From contig NC_090376.1 in the NCBI RefSeq assembly GCF_036365525.1, forward strand, positions 131,358,765 to 131,422,764: a stretch of 64,000 bases of DNA, written 5' to 3'. The DNA is from Heterodontus francisci (Eukaryota). The position numbers and the translations under genes were made by a program. The notes beneath the pieces were generated by a model. It ran no database searches. It worked only from the letters and a program-made list of their open reading frames with translations, and was not told where the DNA came from. Each line of letters begins with the position of its first letter. Within the stretch, counting starts at the first letter, position 1. Of the stretch, positions 1-13,694 are shown one piece after another.

Positions 1-2756
1 GAGACTGATGTCTGTTCTTCAATGGTCTTAGAGGCCTCAGGATTGATTCTAGCTCCAAATTATAAACTTAAGATGGCTGCCAGATTTATCAGTCATGCAA
101 ACATCAAGCTCGAGGTAATAGAAAAATACACCTTATGAAGGATTACCTGGGCAGCTAGACAAAATGATTGCCAACTGCACCATATTGTCAAAGAGCAAAC
201 AGAGCTCATAACACAGGACACTGAAAACTATTTTGAGGCAATCCTTGCTCCCTTAAGATGTTTAAAGACAGAGCTTCCACCTTTTCATACTTGGTTGTGT
301 TTCTTCCTTTTCTCCATCTACCCACTGGGACAAGACTAAGCTGTGAATACCAATCTATATCCTATGGGTCTGAGCATTAAGCCTTTATGACTTAGTTAAT
401 AAGTAATGACTATTAGGTCTGGGAATTGGGTTGTTCTCCTCAGTTCTCTATGGTCAGTGATGTCATTGGTTTTACTGTACAAAATATTGCTGCACTGCCT
501 GAATTGTCTATATGCCAGAATGCTATAAATCTAACACAGTTAGCTCAACTGTGAGACTCTGAGTCATTATTGTGCTGTGTGACTCTGAAGCTTTATTACC
601 TCAAATATAGAATTTTCAAGATTTTTTAAAAATTAAATGTTAATACAGTACCTCATAACTCTAGCCAGTTCTTGATTTTTTTAAAATAAGCTGTACATTA
701 GATACATTGCAGTAGTGTATTGAATGAACTCATTGATCCATTGACTGAAGTCCCATCACTAATCTGTTACCAGAAGCACTTAGCTGTCTTGACCTGTGTT
801 AATTCCAAACCTTTATCTCTATCCTCCTTGTAACACTGAGTTCCAGATGTGGTCACCAGGACCGTGGCTCCTTCACGCTCACAGAAGAACTCCCGAAGAT
901 CACCAATACTGGTGAGACCCTTCTACATAAAAAGGACAAATATGCTGCAATATGGTGCACAAAATGCACAAGACTAAAATATTGCTGCATTGTACCTTTC
1001 AGGAGATGGGGATATGTGAACAAACTAAGTGCACACTGAGTTGAGACGTACATATATTTCAATGGAAAGTACAGAAAGCTTTATGATTGTTCTGCACGCA
1101 GTGTTAAGCGAATCCAATTCCAAATATAGACTGAAAACATCATGGAATTCCATTTTGACACATTGCTGCTACTGATGGATCCTAATTTTAGATACAAGAT
1201 GAGGCATCAGTTAGTGGAGCTAAAGTCAAGGAATCACAATGTGCTCCTCTTATATTGTAATGTTACTTGACCCTTCACAGGGAACAAAGGGATTGGTAGC
1301 AGCCAATCCTAATGGCTCACAAAGTAAGAATTAGTTCTTTGAAAAATACTGTCATTTGACAAAAATGTAATAAAAAATGTAGACATCACCTCTATTTTAC
1401 ATTTATATGTATCAAATTAAACCAGGGAACAAATCTCAGTATACACTGCACACAAGTGCACCCTGTCTCAACTCAATGTCACATACCCAACTACAGTGAA
1501 CCCATTCACACTGCCTGCTTACTTGCAATGAAGCCATACCCCCTGTAGTCAATCATTATGCACTTGCACACAGAAAGTCAACTGTTTACCATTCACCTGT
1601 GAGCACATATGGAACAGCGGCTTTAAGCCTGGATAACAGAATCATTTTATCCCAAGATACTTAGTGGAAATAGTTTCAATGTAAAGGCTATCAGAGAAGC
1701 CAGGAAAAACTCTACAAAATTCCGGATTTTTTCTGAGATTTATACCCGCCATGAAATCTCACTAAACATTTGATCTTGGTCATTTATTTTTAATGTGAAA
1801 AAAATCTACAATTATCAAGATTCAACCTCAGTAAATATTAACTGCATTTGCCCAAGTAATTTACATATTGAGCTTTTGCCTGGCTTTTTACAGGAGGCAA
1901 GCCGATTCTGATTTCTCCACAGTTAATTCACAAAAACGCTGCATCTATAGTTTTTTTTTAAATGTACTAAACGCCATTGCTCATTTAACAAAGTGACAGC
2001 ATATTACTGTAGAACAGAATCTGTTTTTTTCTTAGTGTTTGATTGCTGAAGATACACATATATGTAAAGCACACACATGGACAATTCTTAAAGGGGCACA
2101 GGTTTTATCCAGAACTGTATTACAGATTTTTAATGTGTGTATATATATATATAATATAGAGAGAGATAATAAAGGCATACTTCATATCAAAACAATCCGG
2201 TATTGTAAATTTACCGTTGTAATCTAACAAACATGATCTACCGTTGTTCTTGCTCCCACACAAGGAGAAAGGTCTGTTAAGACACAAACATGACTCTTCA
2301 TTTCTGTTTGTGTTGGTAGGTTTGGCAAGAAGCCAGGGCAACAGTCAAAATTGAATAATACACTGTACTTTTATAGCAAAGCTTTCTCAGACGTGCTGCT
2401 TCTCCAGATATTTTATATCATCAAAAACTTCCAGTTCACTTCCCTTTATTATCCGATATAAACAATTAAGTATTTGATTTCACTTACATTTCAATTAAAA
2501 GCTACATTGAAACCTTTAGTTATGTGACCGACATTCAAAATCAGTTTCTAGCCAACATTTTATTTTGTATCAACTCCAGACTGGCAACCCAGAATAGCTC
2601 AGTTTGGACTATGGTTAACATTACATTTACAACTGGTTCAATTGATCAGGTCACCTTACCAAATATACACTCAGACACACGTCTAAAGCTGTGTGGTCAA
2701 TAACCATAACCCTGGTTTCACACCCTCATGCTCCAGCCATCCAATCAATCACCTAC

Positions 2757-3167
2757 CTGGTTTGGGTCTGTGGCTCTGAAAACATGGCATGCCATCTCAG
2801 ACTCAGGGTTGTCAGGCTGGGTCCTGATTAGATAAGCGAAGTAGGTAAGGTCATGGCTGTTGTGGATGAACCTGGTGACGTGTTGTGCCTTATGCTCAAA
2901 GATGAAGACTGAAGTGTTGCTGCTGGTGGCTTGGGGGACGCACCTGATGAGAGGTGGTACGAGGGTGAGAAGAACCTCCCGTGCCGCCAATGATGACCCT
3001 GGCTCTTGCTTCTCACAGCGCTTGCGGATCTCAGCCATCAGCCAGGGCAACATGGGCAGGGTTGTCCGCCGGTCCAGAGTGGAGCAGCCCATGTACCACA
3101 AGGTAAACCTCTTCTCAAGTTTACTCTTTCCCTCCGGCTGTGCTTGGTTGCTCTTGTCTTCCTCCAT
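2757..3167 (-). CDS. TBC1D4: TBC1D4 (AS160) first coding exon, N-terminal PTB domain; the rest of the gene lies left of the window
   Basis: Translation MEEDK...[30 protein letters not shown]...[28 protein letters not shown]...[13 protein letters not shown] matches TBC1D4 exon 1. It is 411 nt and ends at a phase-0 donor CAG|gtaggt. Synteny with COMMD6/UCHL3 favours TBC1D4 over TBC1D1. Confidence 0.95.
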
Positions 3168-3849
3168 TCGTACTGACTGGCAGAATCAGGTTTGCTAAGA
3201 TGCAGCTTAATTTTTTTTCCCCTTATCCTTGCAGTTGGTGCTTCAGCTGCTCAAGAACGACACGTGGGAGGATCTCGTCACTAACAGCCTCCCAGGTCCC
3301 TGGGCCATTTGCTTTGAAATGCAGGCAAGTCCGATTACTGTCACAGCATACAAGCCAACTTCTACCAGATGTATATTCAGCAGCCAAGATTCTGCGACGT
3401 ACCTCCCTTTCCAATGTGAAGGGGCTTTATTATCAATATTTGCGATCTCTTTACTCAAACACTTCATGCATTATAGTTTCCGATTACATAACGATCCGCA
3501 AACGTCAATAACCTTTCGATTTTGACCCACTTAATGACCTGCCCTCCGCACAAAATAAAACCTCAACCAAGAATCTGAGACGGAATCTCTCGCGTCCTCC
3601 AGGGTGAAATTATGAGGATGATTAAAGCAGAGTTTGGGGACAGAGGTAGTGAATTCTGCTTGCAGCCTGTTCGCTGAACATTTAAATAGACGGCGTCTCC
3701 GATTCAGACGGGATCCTTCTCTGTTTTAAGATAATAGAGAATACAATTTTACAAAACGACCAGACGACATGCACTCAAAACGTGGCCTTCCTTGTACTGT
3801 ACACAAGACAAATGAACTCTCTCTCTCTCTCCAGCTGGCTGGGGGGAAT

Positions 3850-4200
3850 CAGCCCATCCCTGTGCAGCCCCCGAGGAGACAGGGGAATCCCTGCAAAGCG
3901 CAGGTTAGCGCTTGTACCTTTCCTGGGTCGATTTCCAGCTCTGCTGCTACTTGCGAGTGAGCGGGCAGCTCCCTGCCGGAGCGACTTGGCTACCTTGTTC
4001 CTGTGTCCCGGGGGCTGGCTCCAGCTTGGACTTGCCCACAAGTGGAAAGGAGGAGGAGAGAAAGGCTTTTTCTTCACGTTGACTGGAAAATGACTTTGTC
4101 TGGGCCACGTGAGTAAAGGGGAGGGACGAGGAGGAAAGTGACAACTAACAGTGACAACATGCAGAGGGCAGGTAAACCTGCACTGAAACCCCACCCCTCA
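3850..4200 (-). promoter_or_regulatory. Probable TBC1D4 promoter / 5' UTR start
   Basis: Locally GC- and CpG-richer, non-repetitive stretch upstream of the ATG with an E-box CACGTG at ~4107; the TSS cannot be determined from sequence. Confidence 0.4.
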
Positions 4201-4382
4201 CTGCATTCATTACACACCAACACTTCACTGCAGAACATTACTCAAGGAGTGCTCAGTAACATAAAGCACGGGGACAAGTCTGGATCCACTAGTACAAGTT
4301 GAATAATTAAAAGTCTAAAAGGGTAAACGAGTAATTGATTTCAACAATAAAAGAAAGACTTGCTATTTATATACATATATAA

Positions 4383-4590
4383 AAAAACAGAAAATGCTGT
4401 AACTGTGCAGCAGGTCAGGCAGCAGTGTGGAGAGAGAAAAACAGCAAACTTTTCAGGTCGAAAACCGTTCACCAATTCACCTGCAACATTAACTCTGTTT
4501 CTCTCTCTACAGATTCTGCCTTCCCTGTTGAGTATTTCCAACATTTTCTGTTTCTGTTTCATATTTCCAGAATCCTCGGTATTTTGCTCT
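4383..4590. mobile_element. Old inverted pair of short Penelope terminal-repeat fragments
   Basis: Degenerate minus arm (~4383-4470) and plus arm (~4478-4590) matching the Penelope terminal repeat seen at 24982-25085 and 52099-52316. Confidence 0.65.
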
Positions 4591-4599
4591 TGCTATTCA

Positions 4600-4985
4600 T
4601 ATAGTGCCTTTCACAACCGCAGGATGTTACAAAATGCTTTACAACCAATGAAATGCTTTTGAAGTGTAGACACAGTTGCAGCCAATTTGCACACAGCAAG
4701 GTCGCTCAAAACAGTAATGTAATAATAACCAAATAATTTTTTTTTAGCGATGTTCGATATTGGCCAAGACACCAGGGAGAACTCCTCTATTCTTCGAAAT
4801 AGTGCGATGGGATCTTTTACATCCACCAGAGAAGGCAGACAGGGCTTCCGTTTAACATCTCATCCGAGGGCAGTGCCTCCGAATGTCAGCTGAGATTTTG
4901 TGCTCAAGTCTCTGGAGTGGGACTTAAACCCACAACCTTCTGACTCAGAGGCAAAAGTGCTACCCATTGAGTCATGGCTGACACT
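4600..4985 (-). mobile_element. Deu-domain tRNA-derived SINE (SacSINE1/AmnSINE-like)
   Basis: Reverse complement carries the core GATGTTAAAC..GCCCTGTCTGCC..GGTGGATGTAAAAGATCCCAT shared with several other copies in the window. Confidence 0.75.
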
Positions 4986-5808
4986 TAAATAAAGTTGGAT
5001 AGCCTCCTGTATGTTTACAAACAAAAAATGGATAAATAATGGTCTCCCTAAATGAAATATAATAGATTTTTAAAAAAATACTCCTTTGATGTGATGTGCT
5101 TACCTGAAAGTCATTTAAACAAATAAATGTGCTACTCCCTGAAACTTCATTAGAACTGTTAAGCGAATATAATAAAGAAAACTATTTTATATCGGGGCTA
5201 ATTTATCCTAGTTCTATCAGTATGGGCTTAGCTGGCTACTTTTTATTAAACATAGTTGTCATTACTTTTTTTTAATGTTCTCCCTTGTTTCTAACCATCT
5301 TATGAAGTCCCTTCTGTAGAACACAGTTACACAGGCCAGCTGCTCTCTCAGATCCAACCTAAATGACCACCTGCAAGTCTGGATAGTAAATGTAAGTCGG
5401 TTTCCAGCTCAGAGAATGTCAGACGAGCCAGGTGCTGCTCTTATCCACTCTACACACCTCATTTATTTCCAATATAAGTCAGTGGAAGTCAAACGGGGCC
5501 AGTAGTACGGGCCAATTTAACACTTCCTCCTAGCCCAGCACCATCGAGGCTAAAAGCGGCATTGGAAACGAAAGAAAATCCTCAATGGGCTGAATGACCT
5601 TTCCTCTTCCTTGACAACTCTTGTATTGTTATGTCCTAATGGCTATGCCAGAGGAACTCAGCAACTGGCAGACCATCATTTTAAAACTGCTATCTCATTT
5701 CTTCATTTTGTTCCTAAGATTGTTACTGCGCACATGGGGGATGGTAGCATAATAGTTATGTTACTGGACTAGTGATCCAGAGGCCTGGACTACTGATCCA
5801 GCGACATG

Positions 5809-6534
5809 GGCCGGAATTTTACAGCCCCCAAATAAGTGGGCTGGTGGCGGGGGTGGGGGCGTAAAATTGAGTGGGAGGCGGGGGGGCTGTTGCCAAACCC
5901 TCCCGCCCCCCCACTGCAATTTTATGTGGGGCGGCAATAAATGGCCAACCCGCCCCAGGCCAATCAAGGCCCTAAATGTCCAATTAACTAGCACTTAAGG
6001 GGCTCCTCTGGCCACCACGGGTATTTTACCTTCGGTGCCTGGACAGCAAAACCCCCAAGATCCCCACCTGGTAAAACCAGGCGGCCTGCTTGTGGGCTGG
6101 GGAGTGGCCTCCTGATCAGGAACTCCCCACGGTGGGCCACTCCCGTAGCCCCAACACACAACACCCCTCCCCCCCCCAACCGACCCCAATTGCCTCGCTG
6201 GGGCCCGGCTGATTGTCCCCGTCAAGGCCCTAAAAAATTTATCTATGTTCTGGGGCCGTCCTTCCTGTTTCCTCCAATGGCTGGGTGTAGTCCCGGCAGT
6301 GGCCACTGTTCCCGGTGCCGCTGCTGGGACTAAGAGCTACCAGCCCGCTGATTGGCTGGCAGCTCCATTAGGTGGGACTTACTGCGGCGAGGAGGTGGAA
6401 GTCCCGCCCAGAACCAATTAAGGGCCTGGGGAGCGAAAAATTCCGGTCTGGCTCCCCAGGAGCGGCGGAGGCAGGATCGCCATTGACTTTTCGGCCAGTG
6501 GGCGGGACCTCCTGCCCAATGTAAAATTCCGGCC
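5809..6534. mobile_element. Non-autonomous DNA transposon (MITE, probably PIF/Harbinger)
   Basis: Perfect 15-bp TIRs GGCCGGAATTTTACA (5809-5823) / TGTAAAATTCCGGCC (6520-6534), ATG/GTG 3-bp flanks, GC-rich interior. Confidence 0.8.
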
Positions 6535-6555
6535 GTGAATTCAAATCCCACCAGG

Positions 6556-7534
6556 TGTTGCGACCGAGGAAGGAGGAGTCCACTGTTTTTCTAGTTCCAC
6601 TTCTCCACAGGTCACAATATGTATTTAAATTTTTCCCCAGTTACCGATTCGGTCATAGACTCTATTTTTATTTCAGAATAAAATACACCAACCAGGTTTC
6701 TTTACTAAACAACAAAATTATCAATTTATTATAAAACAAGACATAACTAGTAATGAAACAAAGCAGTAACACACAGATCGAAATATAAAAGTTCCCTTTT
6801 TACCTTAGGCCCCTCACACACACACACAAACAAACACACACACACACACACACACACACAGGCTAACCAAAAAAAATAGAGATTTACTCTTTAGAGCTCT
6901 ATTACAAAAAAAAAACAAACAAAAAGAATACTTTGGCCAGATACTTGCTAATTCTTGAAGAAAAAAGAGATGTGGAAAGCTGTCCACGGTCCTTTGTTTT
7001 GGTTTGGCATCCCAAATACCGTAGACAGCTGTCATTGGGATCTTCCTAGAACAGTTATTGTCAGGCGATGTTGAAGATCAGTTTGGGCAGGCTGTCCAGG
7101 AAAAATGTACCAACAGTTTCAATCTGTTTCTTAACATTGCTTCTCAGAGCTTCTCAAAGAGATGGAAAACTGATAGGCTTTTCAAAGAGCTGGAACAAGC
7201 TGAGGTAGGGTTCGCTCCCGAGGTAGGTTTTCTCCAACTCACTGTCCAAAAGCAAAACCAAAAACATCTCAAAAGTCAAGCCTCCTGACCCCTATAAATC
7301 TTGACCTGTCACTTCTTTTTAAATGTCTTTCCACAAGTCAAAGAGCCCCCCTGCTGGGTATTTATCTGAAAACAGGTGCCTTCCAGTAATTATTGTTTAC
7401 AAGTTCAGTCCAAAAGTCCTTCTGATGACCTCTTTTATAAAAAAAAATCAAAGTTCCAGCATCTATGGAATTTTTTTCAGTTTTAAAACACAAATCCTCA
7501 TAATTTAACAAAAAACATGGAAGCACTCGTAACA
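6556..7534. mobile_element. Solo-LTR-like element
   Basis: TG...CA ends with short inverted termini TGTTGCGA/TCGTAACA, flanks CAGG/CAGT, internal (CA)n at ~6815-6860; a related copy lies in the opposite orientation at 17642. Confidence 0.7.
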
Positions 7535-7584
7535 CAGTGTAGGTGAAGAATTTAAATTCAGTTACTAAATAAATCTGGATTCAG

Positions 7585-9490
7585 AACATAAGAAATAGGA
7601 GAAGGAGTAGACCCCTCGAACCTGCTCCGCCATGCAACATGATCATAGCTGATATTCTACCTCAACTCCACTTTCCCACCTGCTTCCCATATCCCTTGAT
7701 TCCCGAAGGGACCAAAAACCTATTTATCTCAGCCTTGAATATATTTATCGATGGAGCATCCTCTGGAGTAGAGTTCCAAAGTAGAATTCCAAAGATTCAT
7801 GATTGTCTGAGTGAAGAAATTTCTCCTCATCTCCATCCTAAATGATTAACCCTTTATTCTGAGACTGTCCCCTCATGCTTTAGATTTCCCAGCCAGGAGG
7901 AACAACCTCTCAGTCTCTACTCTGTGAAACCCCTTGTCTCTTGTATGTTTCAATGAGATCACCTCTCATTCTTCTAAACACCAGAGAGTATAGACCCAAC
8001 TTACTCAGCCTCTCATCATAGGCCAACCCTCTCATCTCAGGAACGAACTATTTAATCTTTGATGAAATGCCTCTGGAGTGGGACTTAAACCCACAACTTT
8101 CTGACTCAGAGACAAGAGAGTTAATGCAAGAATATCCTTCCTTAGACATGGAGATCAAAACTGCACACAGTACTCCAGGTGTGGTCTCACCAAAGCCCTG
8201 TATAATTGTAGCAAGACTTCCTTATTCCTGAACTCCAATTTCCTTGCAATAAAGGCCAACATGCTATTTACCTTCCTAGTTGCTTGCTGTACCTGCATTC
8301 TAACTTTCTGTGTTCCTTGTACAAATACACCCAAGTCTCTCTGAACATCAGCATTTAAAATTCTCACACCTTTTAAAAAATATTGTTTTTCTAGTCTTAC
8401 TACCAAAGTGAATAACGTCACACTTCCCCGGGTGGTAGAGGCAGGAACCTTTACAACATTTAAGAAGTATGTAGATGATCACTTGAAACATCATAGCATA
8501 TAAAGCTACGGGCCAAGTGCTGGAAAATGGGATTGAAATAGATAGGTGCTTGATAGCCGGCATGGACACGATAGGCCGAAGGGCCTGTTTCTGTGCTGTA
8601 TAACTCTATGACTCTATTATATTTCATCTGCACCTTGTTACCCACTCACTTAACCTGTCTATATCTCTTTTCAGCTTCTGTGTCCTTCACACAGTTTACA
8701 TTCTCACCTAACTTTGTATCATCAGCAAACTTAGATACATTGCTTTCAGTCTCTTTCGCTATGTCATTAACATAGATTGTAAATAGCTGAGGCCTCAGCA
8801 CTGATCCTTGTGGCACTCCATAAGTTACAGCCTGCCAACTTGAAAATGCCCCATTTATCCCTACCATCTCTTTCCTATCCGTTAACCAATCTTCCTCCCG
8901 TGCGAATATATTACTCCCAACTCCATGAGCCCTTATCTTGCATATTTTTGTCTGGCACATTAGCTAATGCCTTTTGGAAATCCAAGTATACTATATCTAC
9001 TGGTTACTCTTTATCTACCCCACTAGTTACATTCTCAAAAAACTCTAATAAGTTTGTCAAACACAATTTCCCCATCATAAAACCATGTTGACTTTGTCTG
9101 ACCGTGCTATGGTTTTCCAAGTGCACTGTTAAGACTTCCTTAATAATAGATTCTAGCATTTTCCCGATGACTGATGTCAGGCTAACTGGCAGTTAGGAGT
9201 GTTACATTTGAATAGCAGTGTTACATTTGCTAACTTCCAATCTGCTGGGACCATCCTAGAAGCTAGGGAATTTTGGAAAATCATAACTAGTGCATCCATT
9301 ATCTCTGCAGTTATCCCTTTTAGTCCCGAGGATGTAGGCCATTGGGTTCTGAGGAATTGTCAGCTTCTAGTCCCTTAAGTTTCTCCAATACTTTTTCTCT
9401 GCTAATATTAATTACCTTAAGTTCCTCACTCTTATTAGCCCCTTGTTTACCTTCTATTTCTGGTATGTAATTTGCATATACTACTATGAA
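7585..9490 (-). mobile_element. CR1/HER1-type LINE 3' fragment, degenerate, with a small plus-strand CR1 tail inserted at ~8428-8612
   Basis: ORF pieces GVPQGSVLRPQLFTIYVND...SKFADDTKLG and RDLGV...LYRALVRPHLEYCVQF are typical CR1 reverse transcriptase. Confidence 0.9.
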
Positions 9491-10117
9491 GACAGACACA
9501 AATTATTCAGCTTTTCAAATATAGGTTTTTCCTGAGTTTTTGAGATACAGAATTTCAGTGCTGAGGAACCAATCCCTTTCTCACTTTCTTGTGTTAAAAT
9601 TCCCAAGTAAAGCTCTGTCTACATCTCCAACTTTAGAATGGCGCCCTCTTCAGCACTGGTGAAATATCTCCATTTCACACACTGGTCACATTTATGGGCT
9701 TATTGAATGAGATTCCCAATTTATGACAATGGACAATGAGACAAAGCTTTGTTTTTGTGTCCATTAAAGACAAGGTCCTAAATTTTTTCACAGAGGAATC
9801 TTATAATTGATAGGGAGGCAATTTTATCCCACCAGTCTGGATTGGATTCAAGCCCAGATCTTACAGATGACAGGACAGTGTTAGTCTAAGGGGTAATTCT
9901 CTGACCTCACACTGTCAACAGGCAGCTTTTCCCACCAAGAACATGAGTCAGAAAAGTATGCCTCTATTGGGTTCCTGGTCTGGAGGTGGTTAATGCTGAA
10001 ACTCAGTGTAAAATCAACTTCTAAAAGCATTAAAAAATCAAAGTATTTATTGTATCTGGCACCTACTGTTACAAAATGAAAAAGCAAAGACAAGGGGATA
10101 AATTTATGAGAGGCAAA

Positions 10118-13100
10118 TGGGGCCCAAAAATACCGGAGCTGGCCGCTGTACTGCTTTCCCAAGGTCGTTCCTGCCATTGGCTATGTTCACCAGGGCAGGG
10201 GGAGGGCAGGATCACGATCGCACCCTGATCTCCAATTAAGACCAAATAAGGTGTTTAAGGAGCTCATTAAGAGCTTGTTAATGGGGGTTGTTTAGATTGT
10301 CATGGGGATGCATGGGCTGCATGCAGTGTCTGGGGCAGGTCAGGAGAAGGGAGGCGGGTAGTCATGGCCACCCTAGGGAATTACCTTAGCCCCATAGAAG
10401 CGTGAACGGCACAGAGGGGAACTCGGCCATTGGCAAACAGGTGCCCTTTGTGCAGGGCAGGTGGTGGAGAGATTGGGCAGGAAGAGCTCAGGCAGTGTAG
10501 AGGGTCATGACCTTCCTGGCATCGCAGGGGCATAAGAGCAGGGGGCAAGACTGCCAAGGACAATTGGGCATCAATAACCACAAGAAAGGCTCCAGCTGGC
10601 AATGGGGGCATGACTCTCAGATTGTGGGCTGAGTGGTGATGAGGCGAAACACTCCTACCTGCAGGAAGAGTAGAGCCCCGGGTATCAGAGGGGCAGGGGG
10701 GAGGAATGGGGGGCAGGAAGGATAAGGACATACCCTCAGCATAAGATCTACTGATGAAGACAGAACTATCTTGACATGACTGAGAACCAGTGCAGCAGGA
10801 GACTGCAACTCTCCAGGCAGATGTTCACAGACATCAATGCCTGGATCACTGAAGACCTTGCACCTCACAGCACTGGTCACCATGCCCTGTTAGTAGCTGT
10901 CAAAGTCACTGTGGCCTTGAACCTCTTTGCTTCTGGCTCTTCCCAAGGATCAGCTGCAGACCTTGGTGGAATCTCGCAAACAGCTGTACACCACTGCATC
11001 TCGCTGGTCACTGATGCCTTCTTTGCCAGAGCTGGATAATACATTCAGTTCACAACAAATGAGACCTCGCAGTCACAGAGGGCATTGGGTTTCGCTACCA
11101 TTGCTGGATTCCCCCCGGGGGAAGGGCATCATCAATTGCACCCATGTGGCCATCAAGCTACCAACTGAACACCCAGTAAAGTTCATCAACAGAAAGGGCT
11201 TTCACTTCCTTAATTTTCAAGTGAGCATGCAAATACAGCAAGCAATTAGAAAGGCAAATTGCATGTTGGCATTTATTGCAAGGGATTTGAGTACAAGAAT
11301 AAAGAGGTCTTGCTGCAATTGTACAGAGCTTTGGTGAGACCACACCTGGAGTTTTGATGTGTGCAGTTTTGATCTCCATATATAAGGAAGGATATACTTG
11401 CATTGGAGGCAGTACAGTGATGGTTCACTAGATTGTTGATGAGTTGAGAAGACAGATGAGATGAGAGGGTTGTCCTTTGATGAGAGGCTGAATAAATTGG
11501 GTCTAGATTCTCTGGAGTTTAGAAGAATGGGAGGTGATCTCATAGAAACATACAAGATTCTGAGAGGGTTTGACAGGGTTGATACTGAGAGGTTGTTTCC
11601 CCCTGGCTGAGGAATCTAGAACACAGGAGCACAGTCTCAGGATAAGGGGCCGATCATTTTGGACTGAGTTGAAGAGAAATTTCTTCCCTCAAACAGTTGT
11701 GAATCTTTGGAATTCTCTATCCCAGAGAGTGTGGATGCTCCGTCTTTGAATATATTTAAGGCTGGAATAGACAGATTTTTGGTCTCTTAGGGAATCAAGG
11801 GATATGGGGAGCAGGGCGGGAAAGTGGAGTTGAAGCCAAAGATCAGCCATGATCGTATTGAATGGCAAAGCAGGCGTGATGGGCCATTTGGTCTACTCCT
11901 GCTCCTTTTTCTTATGTTCTTATGTTCATCTGGTTTGTGACCACAACAAGAGCTTCCACTATGAGTGCACTCACTTTCCTGGCAGCTACTATGACTCCTT
12001 TATCCTCCACTAGTCTAGGCTGCCGCAGCTCTTTACTCCAACCCCAAAGTCTATGGATGGATCCTTGGGAACAAGTGATACCCTTTGAAGAAATGGCTAC
12101 TCACCCCTCTACAAGAGCCCGAGACAGAAGCACAGAGGCAATACAACCAATGCCACCTGCTCACCAGAACAACTATGAAGATATGTTTACAGTACCTGGA
12201 CCGGTCGGGTGGTGCCCTACAATACCTTCCTGCAAGGGTCTCACTCATTGTGGTGGCCTGCTGCGCTCTCCATAACATGGCCCTCCAGAGAGGTGTGGAC
12301 CTTGGGGATGATGAAGGCATTCCCATGAGGGGTGCCACTGTCATCCTCCTTGGTGACATCTTCAGCCCTGGGCAGGCACACTGGATGACTGGAGGGGAGT
12401 ACTATCTGTGGCATGACTGGCATCTTCTCCAAACATCTCTGCACCTGTATATGTCAGTACGCAGTTCTTGCATGTACTCCAAGAGCTGCCACATATGGCT
12501 CTCCATGAGATTGGCTACTTTCTCAATGCAGGAACTCCTGCACTCATAGCTCTAAGTCATGGTGGCGCACATGAGCTGAATGGACTTCTCTGTTCTCAGC
12601 CCTCGACTCCACACTGCCTCAGGGAACTCCAACATGTGGGAACACATCTGCTGCTGCTGGTCTAGGTAGAGCATCTTTTCCAGTGACTCCTAAGGCCCTG
12701 CATTTGTGCCAAGTTGAGCAGAGCTGTGTCTGTACTCACTCCTCTGAGGGGAACTGCCCACAGCTGCCGCTACCTCTGGCACCTCCTTCTTTGCACTAGC
12801 GCCATGATCATCATCCTGTGCCACCCTACCTAAAGGTACTCAAAGACCCACGAAGATGAGAGCATTTGCACTAGTGGACGCTGAGCATGTATGGTGTAAT
12901 GTTGCTTCTTCAATTCTTTAGTGGCTATCGTGGCCTAGTGATGGAGAGGGAGAAGGTCCTGTGGGTTGGACATCTGCACCTGTGGGAGACACTAGAAGAG
13001 ATCATGAGAACTTGTCTTGGAGAGCAGAAGCCTCTGCAGTGCTGATACTTTCCAATGCAGCTCAGTATTTGGCATGCTGTCGGATGGGGTGGAGTGCAAC

Positions 13101-13665
13101 ACACCCCATTAATGAACACATTGCCTCTATAATCACTATCTCCACCATGAGTGCCCATTTTGCCAGGGATGACTTCCTCCTGATCTATCATCCTGGTTGC
13201 CTCCATCACCCGATCCTCCATTGCCTTTACGATGTGAAAGTATGGTACTCCTCCTCCACTCTGGGCCCTCTCCCAGGCATGATGTTCCTGTTTCTCCTGC
13301 AAGGACAAAACAGAGTGTGATAAGGCACTGCTGTCCTCTGTGACCAATGGCATCTTCCCCTATTCATCAGAAACTGCTCATTTCAATGCTGGCAGGTCCT
13401 CAGCAGCACTATGGTTCTGAGCCATTCTGAGGGGTCAGTAAGTGCCCTGGGCACACACTCCTCCCATGTTAAGGAGCAGCATGTGCCCTGAGACTCCTCA
13501 GCTGGTGTGTCTGCTGGAGGATGAATACCCAGAGGCCTGTCCTGAGGGTTGGGATTTGCACTCACCTTGCCAGAGTATATGAGGTCATTGAACTTTTACC
13601 TACATTGGATCCAGGTTCATCTGGCAATGCTTCTGCCGTTGGCAGTGGCTGCGATTTCTACCTAA
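10118..13665. mobile_element. Decayed PIF/Harbinger transposon: DDE nuclease on +, Myb/SANT protein on -
   Basis: Plus-strand fragments VKVTVALNLFASGSSQGSAADLGGISQTAVHHCI, GIINCTHVAI..FINRKGFHFLN, WLLTPLQEP..QYNQCH and LIVVACCALHNMAL are HARBI1-like. Minus-strand EIAATANGRSIAR*TWIQCR*KFNDL|gtgag (~13565-13660) splices to EKQEHHAWERAQSGGG. Many stops and frameshifts; outer boundaries approximate. Confidence 0.85.
11218..11922 (+). mobile_element. CR1 LINE 3' fragment inserted in the Harbinger nuclease gene
   Basis: MQIQQAIRKANCMLAFIAR..., CR1 3' UTR ending in CTTATGTT repeats; the nuclease sequence resumes at ~11923. Confidence 0.85.
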
Positions 13666-13694
13666 ATTAAATCACCACAATAAATCCTACATCA

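Larger units (their letters stand above)
5736..7585 (+). mobile_element. tRNA-derived SINE split by two nested insertions
   Basis: Pieces at 5736-5808, 6535-6555 and 7535-7585 join into a sequence resembling the uninterrupted copy at ~47268-47680. Confidence 0.65.

Noticed and set aside
2860-3525. Plus-strand ORFs overlapping TBC1D4 exon 1
   Set aside because: Antisense shadow frames with no recognisable homology.
10730-12330. Possible domesticated HARBI1 gene
   Set aside because: Multiple frameshifts and stops plus a CR1 insertion; it is a dead transposon.
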